Virus record (IMG/VR): IMGVR_UViG_3300009159_000032
DNA from: a virus
Direction: 5' to 3' (one strand)
Length of the DNA stretch: 64,000 bases
The notes beneath the pieces were generated by a model. That model saw nothing but the letters and a program-made list of their open reading frames with translations. It was not told the DNA's origin and ran no database searches. Both the position numbers and the translations under genes were made by a program. This document shows positions 8,774 to 17,174 of the stretch, in pieces. Position 1 is the stretch's first letter. Each line of letters opens with the position of its first letter.

Positions 8774-10026
8774 TGCGTATACAAGAGCTAGTTGAAACAT
8801 CAAAGCGTACACCAGATTTGATGGATGCGTTTAAGGTTTTTATTCCTCTAGCTATGAAAGAGCTAGAGATTGATCAGCTACCTGATATTAAATTACAATC
8901 AAAATTAGAATTAGATGAACAACCTTCATTCGGACGTTTTGTTCAACATGAAAACAGAATTTATCTAGCTTTGGAAAATCGTCATCCTATTGATATACTT
9001 AGAACATTTGCACATGAACTTGTACACTACAAACAAGGTACAGAACACGAGTTAGATTCTAATAGCGGCGACACTGGTAGTCCACAAGAAAACGAAGCAC
9101 ACGAAGTAGCTGGTGTTATTATGAGACATTTTGATAAAATGTATCCTGAGTTTTTTGATACTTCTGCTGTTGATATCAGTGAAAGTTTGCGAAGTAAGGC
9201 AGCAGGGCTGGCATTAGGTGCTTTGTCTCTAGGTGCTCAAGCTACTGCACCACAGATAGTCCAACAAATTGTCGAGCCAGGTGATACAGTTTATAGTATA
9301 GCAAGACAAAATAATGTACCGCCTGCTGAAATTATGAAACTTAATAAAATGGGGCAAAAGACTAAACTTGAAATTGGTCAGAAAGTAAAAGTTCCAGATT
9401 ATTCAAAACCTATTAGCAAAATGCCTGCTACAGTAACTCCTACTGTTAAGCAAGAACCTACTAAAATATCTCCGGATGCACAGGCAGCTCCAATGAAAGT
9501 ATTGCCTAAAGTAGGCAGTGAAGTTTCTTTATTAAGTAATAATACGGATGCTGAGGCTGCATTGCAATCTGCTGCCAAAGCCGCAGGGCTTAAAGGCGCA
9601 GAGCTGGCACAGTTTATGGCGCAGACTAGACATGAAAGTTGGGACTTTGGCAAAATGAAGGAAGTAGGTAACAAGAAAAAATTTGCCAAATATGAAACTC
9701 CACGCAAAGCAAGACAATTAGGCAATAAAGTAAAAGGCGACGGTGAAAGATTTAAAGGTCGTGGCTTTATACAATTAACTGGCAGAGATAATTACACTAG
9801 AGCCAGTGAACAAATTTTTGGTGATGACAGACTAGTTCGTAAACCTGAATTAGCCAGCGATCTTAACATTGCTGCTAAGATTGCACTTTGGTATTGGAAA
9901 AATCAAGTTAGACCTAATGTAAATAACTTTAATAATACAAAAGAAGTGACTAATGCAATTAATCCGGGTCTAAGTGGACTACAAGACCGACACAATAAAT
10001 TTAAGGAGTATCTAGCAGTATTATGA
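8773..10026 (+). CDS. zincin-like (HExxH) + LysM + GH19 chitinase/peptidoglycan hydrolase
   Basis: Likely start is ATG 8773 (TAATG overlap, MRIQELVE). Motifs AHELVH..ENEAH, LysM VEPGDTVYSIARQNNV (about 9271-9396), and GH19 FMAQTRHES, GRGFIQLTGRDNY and ALWYW. Confidence 0.85.
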   Translation: MRIQELVETSKRTPDLMDAFKVFIPLAMKELEIDQLPDIKLQSKLELDEQPSFGRFVQHENRIYLALENRHPIDILRTFAHELVHYKQGTEHELDSNSGDTGSPQENEAHEVAGVIMRHFDKMYPEFFDTSAVDISESLRSKAAGLALGALSLGAQATAPQIVQQIVEPGDTVYSIARQNNVPPAEIMKLNKMGQKTKLEIGQKVKVPDYSKPISKMPATVTPTVKQEPTKISPDAQAAPMKVLPKVGSEVSLLSNNTDAEAALQSAAKAAGLKGAELAQFMAQTRHESWDFGKMKEVGNKKKFAKYETPRKARQLGNKVKGDGERFKGRGFIQLTGRDNYTRASEQIFGDDRLVRKPELASDLNIAAKIALWYWKNQVRPNVNNFNNTKEVTNAINPGLSGLQDRHNKFKEYLAVL

Positions 10027-10715
10027 GAGTCAATGAATTTATAAACGAAGGCTGGAGCCAAAAATATAAAAAAAGCATTAACTGTTCGCACCCAAAAGGT
10101 TTCAGTCAACGTGCTCACTGTGCTGGCAAAAAGAAGCATAACGAAAGCATAGAAACAGAAATGACCTGCCCTGACTGCGGTCTTTGTGAGGCACACGGCA
10201 ATAGTAAAATTTACGATAAGTGCTGGACAGGTTTTAGAAAAGTACCAGGAAAGAAACGTGGTGAAGATGGTAGCTGTAAGAAGATTGGTGAAGATGAAGA
10301 ATTACATCAAGAGTTTGACTTAATTGAACAAATGGTTGAGCATATTGCAAGACAACACGCTATTGATCCTGAATTTGTCTGGGAAGATCTAGAAAGTCTC
10401 ACAGACGACGAACTATATGTATTTGCTGTCACACAAGAACCTGTAATGGAAGATTGGCAAAAAGTTAACAAAAGAGATAAAACCGATGGCATGAGCCGTA
10501 AAGCTGTTAATGCTTATCGAAGAGAAAACCCGGGTAGTAAATTAAAGACCGCCGTAACTACCAAGCCAAGTAAACTAAAGCGTGGTAGCAAGGCCAGCAA
10601 GCGTAGAAGTAGCTATTGTTCTAGGTCCGCTGGACAAAAGAGTATGCATCATATTGATTGCAGCAAAACTCCAGACAAGGCAATTTGCAAAGCACGACGT
10701 CGTTGGAACTGCTGA
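10023..10715 (+). CDS. basic, Cys-containing modular protein, candidate internal head polyprotein
   Basis: Starts MRVNEFINE/GW; K/R-rich modules are separated by HNE/S, IGE/D and VME/D. Confidence 0.75.
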   Translation: MRVNEFINEGWSQKYKKSINCSHPKGFSQRAHCAGKKKHNESIETEMTCPDCGLCEAHGNSKIYDKCWTGFRKVPGKKRGEDGSCKKIGEDEELHQEFDLIEQMVEHIARQHAIDPEFVWEDLESLTDDELYVFAVTQEPVMEDWQKVNKRDKTDGMSRKAVNAYRRENPGSKLKTAVTTKPSKLKRGSKASKRRSSYCSRSAGQKSMHHIDCSKTPDKAICKARRRWNC

Positions 10716-10912
10716 TGCGAATAACAGAGCTTATTGAAAACTTTGCAGATGGTCGTAATCCACAGGATAAAGGCGATGCTAAACGTCACGGAATTAATAC
10801 CAAAGCCAGTGTAAGTAGTTTGCGTAAAACTGCCAAGCAAGGTGGACGCAAAGGACAACTAGCACATTGGCTGGCTAATATGAAAGCTGGTAGAGCTAAG
10901 AAGAAACATTAA
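10715..10912 (+). CDS. small basic candidate internal head protein
   Basis: Likely start is ATG 10715 (TGATG overlap, MRITELIE/N). Confidence 0.7.
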   Translation: MRITELIENFADGRNPQDKGDAKRHGINTKASVSSLRKTAKQGGRKGQLAHWLANMKAGRAKKKH

Positions 10913-10915
10913 TAT

Positions 10916-11593
10916 ATGACCGAAGAATTGCACACTCAACCAATATATCGAAAACATGAGATACCTCTTGTTAATTATCTAATGACTTTTAAAGATGCCC
11001 TAACAGAAGAATTTTTAAAATTTCACGATAATTGGTTTAATCAAGATGAAGATGTAAAAGGCCTTATACTAACTAGACCAGCAGGTCGAAACGTTGACAA
11101 TTATTTAAGCGACCCTAATGCATGGAAATCTTCGTGGATCAGATACGAATATACTCCCGGAGGTAAAGTTCTTAATAATGATAATACTATTTGGACTTTT
11201 CCAACAGCACATAAAATAATGAAACAGTATGAAGGGCAACTTGGAATTGTTATGTATAGTGTGTTAGAAGCAAACAGTGTTATCAGTAGGCATACTGGTC
11301 CAGAAAATCGTACTGGCGAATATTTAAGAATTCATTTGCCTCTTATTGTGCCAGACGGTGATATATTTTTAGAAGTGAACGGGGAAGAAATAGATTGGAG
11401 CGAACCTTTTGGTTTTAATAATCAGTATATTCACAGTGCTCATAATTATAGTCCTAAAAGAAGATTGGTATTTTTGATCGATATTAAAAGAAGTTTTCTA
11501 GGATTACCTCGAGGAGTTCATTTTCGTGCAAAAGATCATATAGCATATCTAGCATCAGTTCAACCTTTTAAAAGAAAAGGTATTACAATATGA
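10916..11593 (+). CDS. aspartyl/asparaginyl beta-hydroxylase-family 2OG-Fe(II) dioxygenase
   Basis: Motifs SRHTGPEN, LRIHLPLIVP, GFNNQYIHSAHN and RRLVFLID. Confidence 0.8.
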   Translation: MTEELHTQPIYRKHEIPLVNYLMTFKDALTEEFLKFHDNWFNQDEDVKGLILTRPAGRNVDNYLSDPNAWKSSWIRYEYTPGGKVLNNDNTIWTFPTAHKIMKQYEGQLGIVMYSVLEANSVISRHTGPENRTGEYLRIHLPLIVPDGDIFLEVNGEEIDWSEPFGFNNQYIHSAHNYSPKRRLVFLIDIKRSFLGLPRGVHFRAKDHIAYLASVQPFKRKGITI

Positions 11594-12129
11594 GAGACTT
11601 ATTGACCATTATAGAAGCTGTAGAAACTAAAAAATTAACTACAGAAAAACTGCCCTACGGCAAGTCTGAACTTAATCCTGTCATGAGTGATGCCACTATC
11701 AATTATCATTACGAAAAACTAGCCAAGGGGTATGCAGAAAAATATAACAAAGGCGAAGGTGATGATGCTTTTAATATTGCAGGAAGTTTTCTTCATAATT
11801 TATTCTTTCCTCAATTACAGCCTCCCAAAACAAATAATAAACCTGTAGGTGCAAGTTTAGCACTTATTGAAAAGAAATTTAAATCATTTGAAAAATTTCA
11901 AGAAGAAATGCAAACTGAAGCTATGAAAATACAAGGCAGCGGATGGATTTACATGAGCACATCCGGTGCTATTAAAACAATTAAGAATCACGAGGTTAGA
12001 AAAGATATAGCATTGTTGATTGACTGGTGGGAACATGCCTGGGCATTGGACTACCAAGCAGACAAGCAAAAATATATCAAAAACATTTGGCGTATAATTA
12101 ATTGGGAAGTTGTTAACTCAAGACTATAA
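11590..12129 (+). CDS. sod: Fe/Mn superoxide dismutase
   Basis: Motifs LPY..ELNP, INYHY, FLHNLFF, QGSGW and IDWWEHAW..DYQ..K..YI..IW..INW. All four metal ligands (H, H, D, H) can be identified. Confidence 0.9.
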   Translation: MRDLLTIIEAVETKKLTTEKLPYGKSELNPVMSDATINYHYEKLAKGYAEKYNKGEGDDAFNIAGSFLHNLFFPQLQPPKTNNKPVGASLALIEKKFKSFEKFQEEMQTEAMKIQGSGWIYMSTSGAIKTIKNHEVRKDIALLIDWWEHAWALDYQADKQKYIKNIWRIINWEVVNSRL

Positions 12130-12130
12130 T

Positions 12131-12652
12131 ATGAATCAGAGACCATTGTATTTTATATCCCAAAAAAAAGAGTTAGAATTAATTAATAAATTAGAAACTA
12201 TTGTTGATAATAGGTTATTTCATCCTTCTAATACTGCTGTTATACAAGCCAGTGTTGATTTTGCAGGGACTGCGGCTATGCATCTTGCACATTCTTGGTC
12301 CGTAGGCGGAGAAATTATTCCAATTATTCCAATCGAAGTGACATACCCCGGCGAAACCTACGACTATGTTAGATCAAAATTTCAATATGATATGCGTTGG
12401 CATTTAGAACATTTTGATTATCAAAGATTTGTTGTTGTTGAAGCGGGCATTATTCGCGGTGGGAATTGGAAATGGATTTTAGAAGAATTTGCTCTTTTAA
12501 ATGTTCCTCGAGAAAATATCACATTAGTAACTATGGTAGAAAATATTCATTCAATTATAAAATCTGACTACGTCGGCGAATATTATGATGACGATAAGGA
12601 AGATTTAACTTTTTACTTTGAAAAATTTAACAAGCACTGGCCGGTAAAATAA
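12131..12652 (+). CDS. possible phosphoribosyltransferase-fold protein
   Basis: FVVVEAGIIRGGN resembles a degenerate PRPP-binding loop; likely start is ATG 12131. Confidence 0.4.
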   Translation: MNQRPLYFISQKKELELINKLETIVDNRLFHPSNTAVIQASVDFAGTAAMHLAHSWSVGGEIIPIIPIEVTYPGETYDYVRSKFQYDMRWHLEHFDYQRFVVVEAGIIRGGNWKWILEEFALLNVPRENITLVTMVENIHSIIKSDYVGEYYDDDKEDLTFYFEKFNKHWPVK

Positions 12653-12661
12653 CCAAACAGG

Positions 12662-12690
12662 TTGATTTCTGCCTAAATAATCTATACTAT
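12662..12690 (+). promoter_or_regulatory. sigma70-like promoter with embedded CTAAATA
   Basis: TTGATT-N17-TACTAT, with CTAAATA at 12673-12679 and an AGGAG RBS at 12699-12703. Confidence 0.6.
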
Positions 12691-12710
12691 AACACACAAG
12701 GAGATAATCT

Positions 12711-12983
12711 ATGGGAAAAGCATTTGGAGCCCCAGAGCAGGCCAAAATTAAACAAATCGTTGCAGAAGGCATGACTGTAATGCAGGAAATTCAAGACCTT
12801 ACTGAAGGATTGAATGACACAATCAAAGCAGTAGCAGAAGAATTAGAAGTTAAACCTAGTGTGATTAAAAAAGCAATCCGCATTGCACAAAAAGATCAAT
12901 GGGATCAAGTTTGGAGAGAATTTGACGACCTAGAAACTATTGTTGACATCAGTGGACATAGTTTCCGTAAAAAAGATGAATGA
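12711..12983 (+). CDS. T4 DsbA-like / DUF2312-like double-stranded DNA-binding protein
   Basis: 90-aa helical protein with IKAVAEELEVKPSVIKKAIRIA, two genes upstream of the DNA polymerase. Confidence 0.65.
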   Translation: MGKAFGAPEQAKIKQIVAEGMTVMQEIQDLTEGLNDTIKAVAEELEVKPSVIKKAIRIAQKDQWDQVWREFDDLETIVDISGHSFRKKDE

Positions 12984-13266
12984 TATCTTATTGGGTATTC
13001 TTAATTGGATACGCGATGATTACAAAAGCAATAGAGTTCGTTTTTGTCTTGAGGTCCTTGCTTGGGCTATTTCTATTGGCTGTAGTATCACTATGGCACT
13101 CACCGTTCCGACCCCACCTTTACTCTATATGTACCCAGTGTGGATCACTGGCTGTGCTATATATGCTGGGTGTGCTTATAGTCGGCGTTCCTTTGGTATG
13201 CTTGCTAATTACCTGCTTCTTACCACAATCGACTCAATAGGGTTGATTAGAATGTTAAATAATTAA
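12976..13266 (+). CDS. small membrane protein
   Basis: About three hydrophobic segments; likely start is ATG 12976. Confidence 0.65.
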   Translation: MNDILLGILNWIRDDYKSNRVRFCLEVLAWAISIGCSITMALTVPTPPLLYMYPVWITGCAIYAGCAYSRRSFGMLANYLLLTTIDSIGLIRMLNN

Positions 13267-13276
13267 GAGAAAGGTT

Positions 13277-13324
13277 TAACCAGCCACAAATGGTTATAAA
13301 GGTATTTGTCAGCCGCAAGTGACA
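13277..13324 (+). promoter_or_regulatory. two tandem hairpins (candidate translational operator of the DNA polymerase gene)
   Basis: TAACCA-GCCACAAA-TGGTTA (13277-13296) and TGTCA-GCCGCAAG-TGACA (13307-13324), next to the GGAGA RBS at 13326-13330. Confidence 0.6.
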
Positions 13325-13334
13325 TGGAGAAAAT

Positions 13335-16004
13335 ATGAGTTATGTTGATTCCGTCTGGGATCGCGACAAAGACACCATTCGAGTTGTCGAGCGAGACCTT
13401 ACTAAAGGTAGACAGTTTAAAGACTTTCCTGCCAAATATGTTTTTTACTATCCAGACCCAAAAGGAAAATATCAATCCATTCATGGAGATCCCTTAACTA
13501 AGGTCAGTGTAAAAAGTCATAAAGAATTCCAAAAAGAACTACGCATACACAGCGGCAAGAAACTTTTTGAAAGTGATATTAATCCAGTATTCCGATGTCT
13601 AGAAGAAAACTATCTAGGTAAAGATGCTCCAACACTAAATGTAGCGTTTTGGGATATTGAAGTGGACTTTGATCCCGAGCGTGGATATGCAAGTCCTGAT
13701 GATCCGTTCATGCCAATCACTGCCATTGCTGTTCACCTACAGTGGATGGACACACTGGTATGTCTTGCTATACCACCAAAGACCATGACCATGGAACAGG
13801 CCAAGGAAGCAGTTAAAGATTTCCCTAACACTATCTTATTTGATTCAGAATATGATATGTTGGATACTTTTTTAAATTTAATCCAAGATGCAGATGTGTT
13901 ATCAGGTTGGAACAGCGAGGGATTCGATATGCCCTATACTGTTAATCGCGTTATTAAAGTTTTAAGCAAAGAAGATACACGTAGATTCTGTTTGTTTAAT
14001 CATTATCCTAAAAGGAGAGAATATGAGAAATATGGTAAAGATGCTGTCACTTATGATCTTATTGGTCGCGTCCATCTTGACAGTCTCGAGTTATACAGGA
14101 AATATACCTATGAAGAAAGACATAGTTATCGACTAGATGCTATTGCTGAATACGAACTAGGCGAAACTAAGACTGTGTACGAAGGAACACTGGATCAACT
14201 TTACAACAATGACTTTAAAAAGTTCATCGAATATAACAGACAAGACTGTGCCCTGCTTGACAAACTAGATAAAAAACTTAAATTTATTGATCTTGCCAAT
14301 ACTGTTGCTCATGAAAACACAGTGTTGATTCAAACCACAATGGGTGCTGTGGCTGTAACAGAACAGGCAATTGTCAATGAAGCTCATCACAGAGGTATGA
14401 TTGTTCCAGGGCGTCCTAAACGTGATGAAGAAGTCGATACACAGGCCGCAGGTGCTTATGTAGCATATCCTAAAAAAGGACTACATGACTGGATCGGCTC
14501 AATGGATATTAACAGTTTGTATCCTTCGGCAATTCGTGCGTTGAACATGGGTCCAGAAACTATTATAGGTCAACTGCGTCAAGATTACACCAAATCAGAA
14601 ATATCTAGTAAAATGAGCAAAGGTAGCTCGTTTGCGGCTGCATGGGAAGGTAAGTTTGGTAGCAACGAATATGAATTTGTAATGAGTAAAGATCGGGCAA
14701 CTGATATTACCATTGACTGGGAAGATGGTAGAGTCGACGTGCTCAGCGGTGCTCAAATTTATGAATTGATTTTTGAAAGTAATCAACCTTGGATGCTGAG
14801 TGCTAACGGTACTATCTTTACCTATGAGCGTGAAGGTATTATTCCTGGCTTGTTAAAGCGGTGGTATGCTGAACGTAAAGAAATGCAGGCCAAGTTAAAG
14901 GAAGCCATTGCCGCAGGAGACAAAGTACAAGAAGAATACTGGGACAAACGTCAACTAGTTAAGAAGATTAACTTGAACAGTTTATATGGTGCTATTCTTA
15001 ACGCAGGTTGCCGTTTCTTTGATAATCGTATTGGACAAAGTACTACACTGACTGGTCGAAGAATTGCCCGACACATGGCTAGTAAAGTCAACGAAGTTAT
15101 CACAGGTGAATATAATTACATTGGTAAAAGTATTATCTACGGTGATACTGACTCTGTTTATTTTTCAGCATACACTACGTTGAAAAACGACATCAATAAG
15201 AAACTTATTCCGTGGGACAAAGATACAATTATTCAATTGTATGATACAATCTCAGATGAAGTTAATGGTACATTTTCTCAATATATGTTAGACGATTTTC
15301 ATTGCCCAACTAGCAGGGGCAGTGTTATCAAAGCAGGTCGAGAAATTGTTGCTGTTAAAGGCCTGTTCATTACTAAGAAACGTTATGCTGTTCTTTACTT
15401 TGACAAAGAAGGTAAACGTAGCGATGTAGAGGGCAAGCCAGGAAAAATCAAGGCCATGGGCTTAGACTTGAAGCGTAGTGATACTCCAGAGTTTATGCAA
15501 AAGTTTCTAGAAGAAGTACTAACTAAAGTGCTTAATGGTGCTGAAGAAAAAGATATTCTAGAAATGATTGGCGAATTCCGAACTGAGTTTAAAGCAAGAC
15601 CTGGTTGGGAAAAAGGCAGTCCCAAACGTGCCAACAACATTGCTGAGTACCAGGCTAAAGAAGTCAAGGCTGGCAAGACTAATATGCCAGGCCACGTTAG
15701 AGCAAGTATTAATTGGAATACGCTCAAAAGAATGAACGGTGACAAATACAGTCAACAGATTGTAGACGGTATGAAAGTCATTGTTTGTAAACTAAAAGAC
15801 AATCCATTAGGATATACATCAGTGGCATATCCAGTAGACGAATTACGTCTACCTAAGTGGTTTCAAGAACTTCCATTTGATCACGGTGAAATGGAAACAA
15901 CAATTATCAATAACAAACTTGATAACTTAATCGGTGTGTTGGAATGGGACTTAGAATCAACAACACAAAATAACACCTTTGGTAGTTTATTCAGCTTTGA
16001 ATAA
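13335..16004 (+). CDS. polB: family B DNA polymerase (T4 gp43-like)
   Basis: Exonuclease motifs WDIE, SGWNSEGFD and YNRQD; polymerase motifs DINSLYPS, KINLNSLYG, YGDTDS and KKRYA. Confidence 0.97.
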   Translation: MSYVDSVWDRDKDTIRVVERDLTKGRQFKDFPAKYVFYYPDPKGKYQSIHGDPLTKVSVKSHKEFQKELRIHSGKKLFESDINPVFRCLEENYLGKDAPTLNVAFWDIEVDFDPERGYASPDDPFMPITAIAVHLQWMDTLVCLAIPPKTMTMEQAKEAVKDFPNTILFDSEYDMLDTFLNLIQDADVLSGWNSEGFDMPYTVNRVIKVLSKEDTRRFCLFNHYPKRREYEKYGKDAVTYDLIGRVHLDSLELYRKYTYEERHSYRLDAIAEYELGETKTVYEGTLDQLYNNDFKKFIEYNRQDCALLDKLDKKLKFIDLANTVAHENTVLIQTTMGAVAVTEQAIVNEAHHRGMIVPGRPKRDEEVDTQAAGAYVAYPKKGLHDWIGSMDINSLYPSAIRALNMGPETIIGQLRQDYTKSEISSKMSKGSSFAAAWEGKFGSNEYEFVMSKDRATDITIDWEDGRVDVLSGAQIYELIFESNQPWMLSANGTIFTYEREGIIPGLLKRWYAERKEMQAKLKEAIAAGDKVQEEYWDKRQLVKKINLNSLYGAILNAGCRFFDNRIGQSTTLTGRRIARHMASKVNEVITGEYNYIGKSIIYGDTDSVYFSAYTTLKNDINKKLIPWDKDTIIQLYDTISDEVNGTFSQYMLDDFHCPTSRGSVIKAGREIVAVKGLFITKKRYAVLYFDKEGKRSDVEGKPGKIKAMGLDLKRSDTPEFMQKFLEEVLTKVLNGAEEKDILEMIGEFRTEFKARPGWEKGSPKRANNIAEYQAKEVKAGKTNMPGHVRASINWNTLKRMNGDKYSQQIVDGMKVIVCKLKDNPLGYTSVAYPVDELRLPKWFQELPFDHGEMETTIINNKLDNLIGVLEWDLESTTQNNTFGSLFSFE

Positions 16005-16012
16005 AAATTTCA

Positions 16013-16041
16013 TTGACTTCTACCAATTTTCTAAATATACT
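16013..16041 (+). promoter_or_regulatory. sigma70-like promoter overlapping CTAAATA
   Basis: TTGACT-N17-TATACT, with CTAAATA at 16031-16037. Confidence 0.7.
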
Positions 16042-16059
16042 TAACAAAAGGATTTTATC

Positions 16060-16794
16060 ATGCAAGATTTATTAAAAGATATCGTAGGTCACACACATAA
16101 CCTTGGCTTCCTAAATGTTGTGAAAATTACAGGCGAAGATACTAAAACCAGTATCGACAGTATGGCAGATGACCGTACTGTTATCATGTACGCAGAAACT
16201 GCCAATCCATATCCAGACATGATTGGTGTGTTTGGTATGCCTCAACTAAACAAACTACGCTATCACTTAGATTGCCCAGAATATAAAGAGGGTGCTAAGA
16301 TTGAAGTTGTCAAGGCAGAACGCAACGGCGAAACTATGCCAATTGGTTTACACTTTGAAAATGCAACTAAAGACTTTAAAAACGATTATCGTTTTATGAG
16401 CACAGAGATTATCAACGAAAAACTTAAAACTGTTAAGTTCCGTGGTGTTAAGTGGGATGTTGAGATCGAGCCTTCAGTGCAGTCTATCCAACGTTTCCAA
16501 TTCCAAGCAGCCGCTAACAATGAGCACACAACATTCTTGGCAAAGACTGACGGTGATAAATTGATTTTTACCTTTGGTGATCAAAGCACACATGGCGGTG
16601 AATTTGTATTTGCCACAGGTGTCACAGGTAAAATTACCAAGGCTTGGACATGGCCCGTTGTCAGTGTTTTGAGTATTCTTAAAATTGCTGATGCTAACAA
16701 TGCTAAACTGAGTTTTAGTAATGAAGGTGCTATGCAAATTACCTTAGACAGCGGCCTGGCTACTTACAAATATATTATTCCGGCAAACGCATGA
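16060..16794 (+). CDS. probable sliding clamp (T4 gp45-like)
   Basis: 244 aa, directly after polB, with a clamp-like alternating alpha/beta pattern and an AT(YKY)IIPA C-terminus. Confidence 0.65.
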   Translation: MQDLLKDIVGHTHNLGFLNVVKITGEDTKTSIDSMADDRTVIMYAETANPYPDMIGVFGMPQLNKLRYHLDCPEYKEGAKIEVVKAERNGETMPIGLHFENATKDFKNDYRFMSTEIINEKLKTVKFRGVKWDVEIEPSVQSIQRFQFQAAANNEHTTFLAKTDGDKLIFTFGDQSTHGGEFVFATGVTGKITKAWTWPVVSVLSILKIADANNAKLSFSNEGAMQITLDSGLATYKYIIPANA

Positions 16795-17174
16795 TAAAAG
16801 GTATAATGGGATCTAATGGGATTGCTGTCGAAGGCGGTAACACCAGTGTGCCATACGTTAATGAAAATAAAAATAATCCCCTAACAGGTATGATACGTGT
16901 ATGGGGTAATGACATGCAGGTATTTGATGGTACTGCATGGTTACATATGAACACTAGTTATGCTACTGTTGAGTTTGACACTGAATCGAAAAATCTGTTA
17001 GAATGGACAAAGAAAAAGAAGGGTGAGGAAGAGGCATTGATATCTTTGCCGTCAGATCATCCAGCTGTCAAAGTTGCCAAAGAAAATCTAAATAAAGCCA
17101 AGCAAGAAGTAAAAAGACTAGAAGAACAATTACGAATAACAGAGATATTAATACATGAAGAATCCACCAGTTAA
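16791..17174 (+). CDS. hypothetical protein
   Basis: ATGA-coupled; C-terminal coiled coil. Confidence 0.65.
   Translation: MIKGIMGSNGIAVEGGNTSVPYVNENKNNPLTGMIRVWGNDMQVFDGTAWLHMNTSYATVEFDTESKNLLEWTKKKKGEEEALISLPSDHPAVKVAKENLNKAKQEVKRLEEQLRITEILIHEESTS

Noticed and set aside
12711-12983. Gene symbol dsbA
   Set aside because: It resembles the T4 dsDNA-binding protein, not the bacterial disulfide oxidoreductase DsbA (no CxxC); the symbol was withheld to avoid confusion.
13335-16004. Intein or intron in the DNA polymerase or other core genes
   Set aside because: Lengths are normal, motifs are contiguous, and no LAGLIDADG/HNH or intein splice motifs were seen.
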